Shown here: positions 1 to 8,400 of the stretch, in pieces
How the letters are laid out: each line of letters starts with the position of its first letter
How positions within the stretch are numbered: the first letter of the stretch is position 1
From: Candidatus Hodarchaeota archaeon
GTDB taxonomy: Archaea; Asgardarchaeota; Heimdallarchaeia; Hodarchaeales; Hodarchaeaceae
Reading direction: 5' to 3'
Assembly (NCBI GenBank): GCA_029856365.1
Contig: JAHQWW010000108.1
Coordinates: 1-13,216 of the forward strand
Length of the DNA stretch: 13,216 bases
Made by a program: the position numbers and the translations under genes
Notes under the pieces: generated by a model
Databases searched by the model: none
What the model saw: only the letters and a program-made list of their open reading frames with translations
Told to the model about the DNA's origin: nothing

Positions 1-2
1 GA

Positions 3-3000
3 AACACCACCAAAGGTGAGAAGTGGTATTTCACGGTTCAAGCATATGATGGGGAAGGCCTATCTACCATTATATCCCTAGCTGAAAACGTCACAATTCT
101 GAATACAGCCCCTTTGGCGAGTAACCTGACTCTCACAGCTAATCCCACCACTCTTGATGATTTGGTTGCAGCTTGGGACTACTTTGACATTGATAATGAC
201 CTCAGAGATGATGCTTTGGCACAGATTTATTGGTTCAAAAATGGTGAGAATCAAACTGCTTTGGCTAATCAAAAAGCTATTGGGTTCACCAATACCTCCA
301 AGAATCAGGTCTGGTGGTTTACCGTTCGTGTATCTGATGGTCAAGACTATTCTGGGCTTTATGAGTCAGCTCACATCCAGATTCTGAATAGTATTCCTGT
401 GGTCGAAAACTTGACAATTAGTATTTCAAATCCCAAGACGACAGATAAGTTAGTTGCACAGTGGGATGATAATGATAATGATAGCGACATCTTAAGCTAT
501 ACAATTAAATGGTATATCATGGGTGTGGGATTACAATCCGCCTATTCCGATTTAACAGCCGTTCCTGCCAGTGCTACTTCAAAGGGAGAGATTTGGTATT
601 ATACTCTGAAAGCGTTTGATGGGAGCGACTACTCCTCTGAAGAGACCCTTAGTCCTGGTGTACTCATCCTCAATACTGTTCCCATTGTTGAAGACTTTGC
701 TTTAACCCTGGATCCTCAAACAGCAAATGACCTCGTGGCTAGTTGGGATGCTGCTGATAATGATACTAGTGATACATTAACCTTCAATATCACATGGTAT
801 TTAGATGGGGAAATGAATTGCAGCTGGTTTACATCGGCGAGTAGTGCGATACTGGATGCAGGAAACACCACCAAAGGGGAGAAGTGGTATTTCACGGTCC
901 AAGCTTATGATGGAGAAGGGGTGTCCAGTATTATATCCCTAGCAGCGAATGTCACCATTCTAAACACCGCCCCAACGGCGAGTAACTTAATTATTACGTC
1001 CAATCCCACCACTCTTGATGACTTAACTGCGGATTGGGATTACTTCGATATTGACAATGATCTCAGAGATGACACATCAGCCCGGATTACTTGGTTCAAG
1101 AATGGGTTGAATCAAACCGTCTTGGCCAATCAGAAAGTCGTTGGAGCCACCAATACCTCTAAGAATCAGGTTTGGTGGTTCACAGTCCAAGTATTTGATG
1201 GGGAGAACTATTCGATAGGGATCTACGAGTCTGCCCACATTTCCATTCAGAACACAGTCCCCTATAGTTCCTCCGCTCTTCCCCTTCCCATGGATCCTAC
1301 GAAAGCGAATGGATTAGTGTTGAGTCTTCCTGCAATACTGTCTGTATTCTCGGACCCAGATCCGAGCGATGATCTCGAAGTGGTGCAAATTTGCTGGTAT
1401 AAAGAAGGTATTTTACAGGGAACGTTAAATGACTCGTTAATTGTACCTGGTACCCGCTTAACCAAAGGAGAGACGTGGAACTATTCGATTGTGCCTTTCG
1501 ATGGGGTTGACTATGGGGCGGTCTGTGTTTCTACTGAAATAGTCATCTTAAACTCGAAGCCAACGATTATCAACACCTATTTCATAGAAACAACCGTTAC
1601 TACCATTAGCGATCTCGTGATCAGCTTTCAAGCTGAGGATGCCGATGGAGATAATATTACCGTCTCAGGGGTGCACTGGTATCGATGGGAATTTCCAATT
1701 TGGGAGTACAATGCTACTTATGATGATTATGTGAGTCTCCCCGCTTCTGCCACCACCAAAGGAGAGAGCTGGAAATTTGAGCTTGCGGTCTCTGATGATA
1801 CAGATCAATCGGTATGGAGAGAGGCCGCGAAAGAGGCGGATATTATCAATAGTAGACCTCGCATTGATCCCTTTAGTATCACTCTGACGGGGGGCACCAC
1901 CACCTCGGATCCTTTACAGGTGAATTATACGTGGTCTGATGATGATCCTGGGGATAGTAATACCCAGACGATTATTACCTGGGAGAATAGTGGCGACTAT
2001 TTAGAGGATACTTATAGCACCACTTTGTCTGCAGAAAACACCACCGCGGGTGAACGGTGGTGGGTGACGATCACTCCGTATGATGGTGAGGCAGAGGGCG
2101 ACTCTGTCAACAGTAAACGGTATGGGATAAGTATTATTATTGGCAACACCCCTCCCAGTCTCGCGCCCGAGGACATCGAGATTAAGGGAGAGTTAAATGA
2201 GACAGAATATCAGGGGACGAGTTTTGGGACGGTATTCAATCTCAACCTTCACTACTCTGCGTCCGATCTGGATGGTGACCAGGGGGTTCCTGCGTATGAC
2301 TTATCTATCGTTGATGGGTTTGCCGTGGGCTCTGAATATCGGTGGTATCGAAATCGATCAGGAACAGTTATCAGTATTTCAGCTTTGAATGATAAAACAA
2401 CTGTCCCATTTTACTATACGCAAAAAGGGGATATTTGGTGGGTGCATGTGCGCCCCCGAGACTTTTATGGGGATTTTGGGGCGCCTCAAAATTCTTCACA
2501 GATTATCATTGGAAATACCGCGCCTCAAATAGTTGAATTACACTGGGTACGTCTTACCTATTATACCACCAACAACTTGGTGTTTGGTTATACGTTCTAT
2601 GACTACGATACCAAGGATACCCAACAGGGAGCATTTATCCGCTGGTATCGGAATGGCACTTATGTACCAGGCTTCGATAACACTACTGCAATTGCCTCTC
2701 AATTTACTAGAAAAGGGGAGGCATGGTATGCGAATATTAGTGTCTTTGATGGCGAATCCTATAGTACTTGGTATTATTTACTCAATATTACGATCCAGAA
2801 TTCTCCCCCGACTGTAACAAGTATTTTGTTGACCCCTATTTTTCCCAACACCACCCAACCTCTGATTACAACCTGGGCCTTTGTCGATGCCGATAATGAT
2901 TCCGAAAATCAAATTGAGGCGCTCATTCAATGGTACCGTAATGGGATCCTTGTAAACAGTCTTACGAATCACTCTAATGTTCCTTTTGAGTTGACTAACC

Positions 3001-3671
3001 GAGGGGAAAGCTGGTACTTCACGGTGCAAGTTACTGACGGGTATAATTACTCCATAATCGTTTATATGTCGAATGCCATTACCATTATTAACTCAGCGCC
3101 GACCGCGTTTGATCTTCAGATCAACCAGGGGGCCCTTAGTATCTATACAACTGACAGTCTAGCTCTGACCTGGAACTTTACAGATCCAGACGTTTTTGAT
3201 ATTGAGGATACATCCTCTGCTTTAATCCTTTGGTATTTGAATGGCATTGAGCAGTCAGCGTTCACAAATGCCACGGAGATTCCCGCCACGTATGTGATGA
3301 AAGGGCAACAGTGGATAGTTTCGATCAAAGTCTGTGATAATGGGGGGCTATGGAGTGAGTTCCTGAATTCGTCTCTTATGGTGATCAAGAACTCTGTTCC
3401 CACAATTACCATTCATGGAACTGCCCATCCTGAATTTATCATTGAGGATGAAGCGTTAGAAATTAACAGTAGCTTTTATAGCTATAACGATGAAGATGGG
3501 GACGAGAATCAACCAGTGATCGTGTGGTATTGTAATAATGAATTGATGCACCAAAACATCTGGGTTCTCTTGGCCAATGATACTGTTCCAGGGGATGTCT
3601 GGTATTATACGATTCAACCCTTTGATGGTACTGATTTTGGGGTCGAATGCATCTCACCCGAAATCTATGTT
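3..3671 (+). repeat. Tandem ~95-120-aa Ig/cadherin-like (AIR9 A9-like) repeats in gene 1: 12 complete + 1 partial
   Basis: Units start at the N-x-x-P motif at 102, 387, 672, 963, 1251, 1551, 1848, 2145, 2514, 2799, 3090 and 3390. Each has an acidic DxDxD-type loop and a strand-C Trp (mostly WY/WF); most end with (T)KG-x-x-W-x-(F/Y/V)-x-(V/I)-x-x-x-DG. Confidence 0.9.
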
Positions 3672-5084
3672 GAAAGTCGACCTGTGATCCATAGTTTTGT
3701 CGCGACCGCCCTTCCTGACACTGAGGGACACTATGAATTGGAAATCAATGTTACAGATTCTTACAATGAGATCAAACAGGTGGAATTCCTCTTGAGCCTC
3801 AATACCACCACGGAACTCTCTCCTTTCATCATTACTTCCCCTAAAAGTCCTGGTTCAACTCTTTGGCTCCTCGATTATACATTAGCTACTTATTCTTATC
3901 TCGAGACCCCAATTCTTGTCACCGTGACCGTTGTGACCAAAGTCACCTATTCTATCACCTATGAAATCCAATTGATCCAGTCTTTCACCTTTACACTCGA
4001 AGATAAAGCGCCTCCGCGCGTCCTCAATGCCTATTTTGAGATGAATGATGAGCTCAATCCCACCAACTTGACCTTTTATGCTGAGGTCCAGGACTTTGGT
4101 TCGGGGGTGGCAGAAGTCATTCTCTCTTATTACTTCCGCCCGAGTGAGGAGATCAACCAGACAGGGGGGAATGGTGCCGCCCTCCTCCAAGACGACCTGG
4201 AGTGGCTGGAGGTACCCATGACAGCTCAAGTAGCCAATGAAACGGGCCAGTTCCTCCTGTATATGGTGACAGTGGACTTTGTCCATGCTACCTCCAACCT
4301 CGATATTATCTATCGCCTCTCGACCGAAGATATGGCTGGCAATAGCAATCCAGTGGCGTTTGACATTCGAGACTATCCCCAACGCATTGATGCTCAACGA
4401 TTTATCTATCAAGCCCCAGGGCTTCCTGAATGGGTTCTCCTCGTGGCTGGTTTAGCTGTGTTCGTCATCTTTGTTGGCTCCATAGTCTACGTGAAATTCA
4501 TCCGTAAACCAGAGCTTGTTGGCCTGGATAAAGAATTAGTTCTAGCCAAAGTCCCGGACATCACTGAGGCGGAGGTGTTGGCAGCACTGGATACCCATAC
4601 TATTGGCGTGATCGTCAGCTTTTTCGATCAGAGACATGGCCCGATCCCGATTATCATCATACCTGAGATTCTGAAAGACAACTTTAACAAGCTGGTGGAT
4701 CTCTCGGATCGTTCGTTTAGTGGGACTGGGTTTGCTGATGACTTTGGTGTTGAGATCCCCTCGAGTTATGACTTTGTGTTGTCCCATGGAGTTCGTACCA
4801 GTGTGATGTCCTTCGGCTTTGCCCTAGAGCGGCCTGACTCTAGAGGAGGCCAAGAGAACCTTACCTGCAATATTATTGTCCATCAAGATCTCTTTCCATT
4901 GGTTCAATCTTTCCAGAAAGAGCTTCAACGTAAAGTCCACTCTCTTCATGTGAGAATGGACAAGAACCCCTCGGAAAAAGCCAAGATCCGCAAACAAGTT
5001 TTTGAGCTTAGGAAATTCGTGTCTAATATTATATTATCCTATACGAGCATTTATGGCACCACTGAATTACTAGAAGAAGACTAA
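3..5084 (+). CDS. Giant single-pass membrane protein, 5'-truncated: Ig/cadherin-like repeat stalk + TM helix + cytoplasmic uDENN/longin-like domain
   Basis: The frame of the track ORF 114..5084 is open from position 3 (NTTKGEKWYFTVQAYDGEGLSTIISLAENVTILNTAPL...). The TTG at 114 is therefore an internal Leu and the true start lies upstream of the window. Stop TAA at 5082-5084; at least 1693 aa. Repeats with N-x-x-P, DxDxD, WY/F-x-N/D-G, T-x-KG-x-x-W and (Y/F/S)DG motifs; hydrophobic WVLLVAGLAVFVIFVGSIVYV followed by KFIRK. Confidence 0.95.
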   Translation, partial: NTTKGEKWYFTVQAYDGEGLSTIISLAENVTILNTAPLASNLTLTANPTTLDDLVAAWDYFDIDNDLRDDALAQIYWFKNGENQTALANQKAIGFTNTSKNQVWWFTVRVSDGQDYSGLYESAHIQILNSIPVVENLTISISNPKTTDKLVAQWDDNDNDSDILSYTIKWYIMGVGLQSAYSDLTAVPASATSKGEIWYYTLKAFDGSDYSSEETLSPGVLILNTVPIVEDFALTLDPQTANDLVASWDAADNDTSDTLTFNITWYLDGEMNCSWFTSASSAILDAGNTTKGEKWYFTVQAYDGEGVSSIISLAANVTILNTAPTASNLIITSNPTTLDDLTADWDYFDIDNDLRDDTSARITWFKNGLNQTVLANQKVVGATNTSKNQVWWFTVQVFDGENYSIGIYESAHISIQNTVPYSSSALPLPMDPTKANGLVLSLPAILSVFSDPDPSDDLEVVQICWYKEGILQGTLNDSLIVPGTRLTKGETWNYSIVPFDGVDYGAVCVSTEIVILNSKPTIINTYFIETTVTTISDLVISFQAEDADGDNITVSGVHWYRWEFPIWEYNATYDDYVSLPASATTKGESWKFELAVSDDTDQSVWREAAKEADIINSRPRIDPFSITLTGGTTTSDPLQVNYTWSDDDPGDSNTQTIITWENSGDYLEDTYSTTLSAENTTAGERWWVTITPYDGEAEGDSVNSKRYGISIIIGNTPPSLAPEDIEIKGELNETEYQGTSFGTVFNLNLHYSASDLDGDQGVPAYDLSIVDGFAVGSEYRWYRNRSGTVISISALNDKTTVPFYYTQKGDIWWVHVRPRDFYGDFGAPQNSSQIIIGNTAPQIVELHWVRLTYYTTNNLVFGYTFYDYDTKDTQQGAFIRWYRNGTYVPGFDNTTAIASQFTRKGEAWYANISVFDGESYSTWYYLLNITIQNSPPTVTSILLTPIFPNTTQPLITTWAFVDADNDSENQIEALIQWYRNGILVNSLTNHSNVPFELTNRGESWYFTVQVTDGYNYSIIVYMSNAITIINSAPTAFDLQINQGALSIYTTDSLALTWNFTDPDVFDIEDTSSALILWYLNGIEQSAFTNATEIPATYVMKGQQWIVSIKVCDNGGLWSEFLNSSLMVIKNSVPTITIHGTAHPEFIIEDEALEINSSFYSYNDEDGDENQPVIVWYCNNELMHQNIWVLLANDTVPGDVWYYTIQPFDGTDFGVECISPEIYVESRPVIHSFVATALPDTEGHYELEINVTDSYNEIKQVEFLLSLNTTTELSPFIITSPKSPGSTLWLLDYTLATYSYLETPILVTVTVVTKVTYSITYEIQLIQSFTFTLEDKAPPRVLNAYFEMNDELNPTNLTFYAEVQDFGSGVAEVILSYYFRPSEEINQTGGNGAALLQDDLEWLEVPMTAQVANETGQFLLYMVTVDFVHATSNLDIIYRLSTEDMAGNSNPVAFDIRDYPQRIDAQRFIYQAPGLPEWVLLVAGLAVFVIFVGSIVYVKFIRKPELVGLDKELVLAKVPDITEAEVLAALDTHTIGVIVSFFDQRHGPIPIIIIPEILKDNFNKLVDLSDRSFSGTGFADDFGVEIPSSYDFVLSHGVRTSVMSFGFALERPDSRGGQENLTCNIIVHQDLFPLVQSFQKELQRKVHSLHVRMDKNPSEKAKIRKQVFELRKFVSNIILSYTSIYGTTELLEED
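3672..4430 (+). other. Two membrane-proximal beta-sandwich (Ig-like) domains of gene 1
   Basis: ESRPVIHSF... (3672) and DKAPPRV...AEVQDFGSGVAEV...TEDMAGNS (4002 onward). The D-x-x-PP / D-x-x-SGV / D-x-AGN pattern is typical of prokaryotic Ig-like domains. Confidence 0.6.
4431..4493 (+). other. Transmembrane helix of gene 1
   Basis: 21 uncharged, mostly hydrophobic residues WVLLVAGLAVFVIFVGSIVYV followed by K-F-I-R-K. The positive-inside rule places the C-terminus in the cytoplasm. Confidence 0.9.
4596..5081 (+). other. Cytoplasmic uDENN/longin-like domain
   Basis: beta1-turn-beta2 motif IGVIVSFFDQRHGPIPIII (4602 onward), helix NKLVDLSDRSF, strand-loop-strand VMSFGFALERPDSRGGQENLTCNIIV (4803 onward), then amphipathic helices. 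This resembles the F-D/H-x-x-x-G-P and x-R-G signatures of uDENN/longin domains in folliculin/SMCR8, NPRL2, Avl9/Afi1 and DENND6-type proteins. Confidence 0.7.
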
Positions 5085-5128
5085 GTACGTATGTATATAT
5101 CAAACTACTATTATTGATTGTTATCAGA

Positions 5129-5168
5129 TAGAATAATCCAAAAGGAGGGATTATCTAGAATTTTTCTT
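5129..5168 (+). terminator. Possible terminator of gene 1 (weak hairpin + oligo-T)
   Basis: ATAATCC (5133-5139) pairs with GGATTAT (5148-5154), extendable by TAG/CTA with a 1-nt bulge, followed by TTTTTCTT at 5161-5168. The stem is AT-rich, so support is weak. Confidence 0.3.
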
Positions 5169-5379
5169 AAACTCTTAATCCAAAAATATCGCAGCTTGAT
5201 TGACATATTGATCCAATGTGTAAAAATATCCCTTGCAATCAATCTGGTAAATTTCGCTGGATATGATCATACTAGATGAGTTTCCAAAGCTGAGCGTGAA
5301 TACTAAGTGAAATTATCTTAGTTCAGGAAAATGAATTCCGATCCTTACCTATCTATCAATTTGAATAGTCTAAGGGTTT

Positions 5380-5385
5380 AGGAGA
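5380..5385 (+). promoter_or_regulatory. Shine-Dalgarno-like site for gene 2
   Basis: AGGAGA ends 9 nt upstream of the ATG at 5395. Confidence 0.55.
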
Positions 5386-5394
5386 AGAAAATTA

Positions 5395-5478
5395 ATGAAA
5401 TATCACAAAAAAAATCTTATATCTATTTTTTTTCTTCTTATTTTTATAACTAATATTCTTATAATACTTACCCCCGTT
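5395..5478 (+). other. N-terminal signal peptide / signal anchor of gene 2
   Basis: Basic N-region MKYHKK followed by the hydrophobic stretch LISIFFLLIFITNILIILTPV. No obvious A-x-A cleavage site. Confidence 0.75.
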
Positions 5479-8400
5479 CAACGTGAAGGTTTTTTTGACT
5501 CCAATGGATTCATGGTAGAGCTATTAAAGGGATTTGGATTTATTAGGGAGAGAAAGGAGACTTATCATGATGTACCTCGCCTTTTGGGCACAAATTCTCA
5601 TTCTAATAACACTGATCGTTTTGGAATTCGTGCTGCAACTCAATCAGAGAACTATGTTCCTGGTTGGGCTGATAGTAGATGGAAATTTCGCAAAAATATC
5701 ACTATTGACTATTCTAAAGTTAGTGCTGATTTAACTAATTTTCCTGTACTTATTAATGTCTTCGATAGTGATCTTCAAAGCGACGCTCAAGCCAATGGTA
5801 ACGATATTATGTTTTCTGATGCTTCAGGAAACATCTTAGATAATGAAATAGAATTATATAATAGAATATACAACTCTACTCATGCTCATTTAGTAGCCTG
5901 GGTTAAAGTTAATCTTTCTAGCACCCAAGACACAATGATTTCCATGTATTTTGGCAATCCTACTACTTCTAATCAAGAAAATGTAAATGATGTTTGGGGC
6001 GACAATTATGTAGGAGTTTGGCATCTAACAGAGAGTGGTACTGGAACTCTTAATGAATTTAAAGATAGTAGTCAATATAATAACCATGGACAGGGAGGAG
6101 AGGGGAACTCTTCTTTTGTTCCTACCAAAGTGGGGGGAAAAATAGGTTATGGTCAGGATTTCAACAATTTAGATGGGAAATATGATTTAATTGACTGTGG
6201 CAACGATTCAAGCTTCAATATAACAGGATATTCTATTACCTTAGAAGCCTGGATACACCATAATATTACTCCTCAATCCGTTTTTTATGGAATCATGAAT
6301 CATAAAGGTTGGTATGATGGATATAGTTTATGGATAGAACAAGATTCATTAAAACTCGCATTTAATTTACCTGGAGAGACACATAAATTACTGAGTGCAG
6401 CAGATATCACCACAAATACATGGCATCACATTGTTGCAACGTATGATGGTGCATGGATGAGGATTTACATTGATGGAGTACAGGATCTAAATACTTTAGC
6501 CAAAAGTGATAGTATTGAACCCTCATCCTCTGAACAGGATTTTTGGATTGGTCACGGGGATCAACCGAAAGATAAAGGTTGGAGCGCTGAATGGGATGGA
6601 CAAATCGATGAAGTTCGCATTTCTAACATCACTCACAATTCAGATTGGATCAAAACTGAATATGAGAACCAAAATGATCCACAATCTTTCTATTCTGTTG
6701 GTACAAAACAAAACTATGAAAATTATAATTGGGCATTCCCAATGTTAAACAATCGAAAAAAGATTGTAATAAATGCTAATAAAGTCAGTTCTGACTTAAC
6801 AGATTTCGCTTTACTCATTGATTTATATGATACCGATTTGCACAATACTGAGAAAGTCCAAGCTGATGGTGATGATATTCTCTTTACCGATGTTTCTGGT
6901 ACCAAGTTAAATCATGAAATAGAATCCTTTGATCAGAACTCTAATTCAAGTCATGCTCATTTATTGGCATGGGTTGAAATTCCAAATCTTTCAAAAACAG
7001 AAGACACATCAATTTTCATGTATTATGGAAATGATGAAGTTAGTTCTCTAGAGAATCCTTCTGCTGTGTGGAATAACAATTACATAGGTGTATGGCATTT
7101 AAGTGAGACGAACGGACCCGTTTATGACTCAACCTCACATGGATATGATGGTTTGGTTACAGGGGCATCATATAGTTCTCCTTCCTTCATAGATGGTGGA
7201 TATGAATTTATCAGGTCAGAAACAGACTTAATAGAGATGCCTGAAACTGCCAATGCCCTTCAATTAACAGATTTTACTGTTGAGGCTTGGATAAAAACTC
7301 CAGACTCAACTGTACCAGATGATTACTATATTGTTACGCAAAGTCTATATAGTGCTACTACTTCATGGGCCCTTAATATAGCTGATGATTCGGGGCATGA
7401 AAACGAGGCTAGATTTACAACAAGAGTAGCCAGTCAACAAATTGTATATTCGAATTTTCCAGTTACTGGTAATGAATGGCATCATCTTGTTGGAGTAAGA
7501 AATTCTACATCGCTTCTCATTTATGTGGATGGTTCGTTAGCTGGTTCAGAAACTGATAACGAGGCAGGCCAGACTCTCCAATCACCTGTAAATGTTTCAA
7601 TTGGTTCAGCTATTAATACTAGTTCAGAAGATTTTAATGGTATTATTGATGAAGTTCGGATTTCTAATATTGCCCGTTCTGCAGCTTGGCTTGAAACACA
7701 GTATAACAATCAATTTGACCCTAATAGTTTCTACTCGGTTGAAATGGAAGAGTACTCACCTATTGAAGATGATTGGGCATTTCCACAGTTTAACTATAGA
7801 AAACCTATTACAATAAAGTCTGATCAGGTGAGTGCTGATCTAACTAATTTTCCAGTTCTCCTTAACATCACTGATCCTGACCTTCATGATAATGGAAAAG
7901 TCCAAGTTGATGGTGATGATATTCTTTTCACAGATAACTTAGGAACCAAACTTGATCATGAAATTGAACTCTTCGATCAGACCGGGAACGGTAGCCATGC
8001 ACATTTGGTCGCTTGGGTGAGGGTGCCAAATCTATTGTCAACTTATAACACCAATATTACCATGTACTATGGAAATGATGTTGTTGATTCCCAAGAGTAT
8101 CATCAGGGCGTTTGGGATACAAATTATGTTGGAGTGTGGCATATGAATCAAAATCCTCCTCTGATCGAAGATAGTACCTCCCCAAATAGTGATGGGACTA
8201 CTTATGGATCAATGACTTCCGCAGATCAGATAACAGGACAAATAGATGGCTCACTTGATTTTGATGCTACAGATGACTATGTAGATTGCGGAGATCCAAC
8301 TGAACTGCAAATAACAGGCGCAATGACAGTCGAAGCTTGGTTGTATGCTGATTTTGTTGGTAATGACTACCTAGTTGGAAGAAACGGTCCAACGAATGAA

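Noticed and set aside
114-116. TTG start of gene 1 as given in the ORF track
   Set aside because: The frame is open from position 3, the upstream codons encode the end of a repeat unit, and there is no signal peptide at 114.
102-3671. Calling the stalk repeats true metazoan cadherins or the protein a cadherin ortholog
   Set aside because: The canonical DxNDNxP and LDRE motifs are absent; only partial cadherin-like motifs are present.
78-4787. Small alternative-frame and antisense ORFs overlapping gene 1 (e.g. 3882..4412 -, 2533..2817 +)
   Set aside because: They lie fully inside a long repeat-structured CDS and show no recognisable motifs; treated as shadow ORFs.
5040-5081. YTSI (YxxPhi) and ELL as eukaryote-like sorting motifs in the tail
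   Set aside because: Very short motifs expected by chance; the dileucine lacks the acidic residue at -4.
5200-5227. TTGACA at 5200-5205 as a bacterial sigma70 -35 box
   Set aside because: No good TATAAT at 16-18 nt spacing (only TAAAAA/AAAAAT), and the context looks archaeal. No convincing TATA/BRE could be assigned either.
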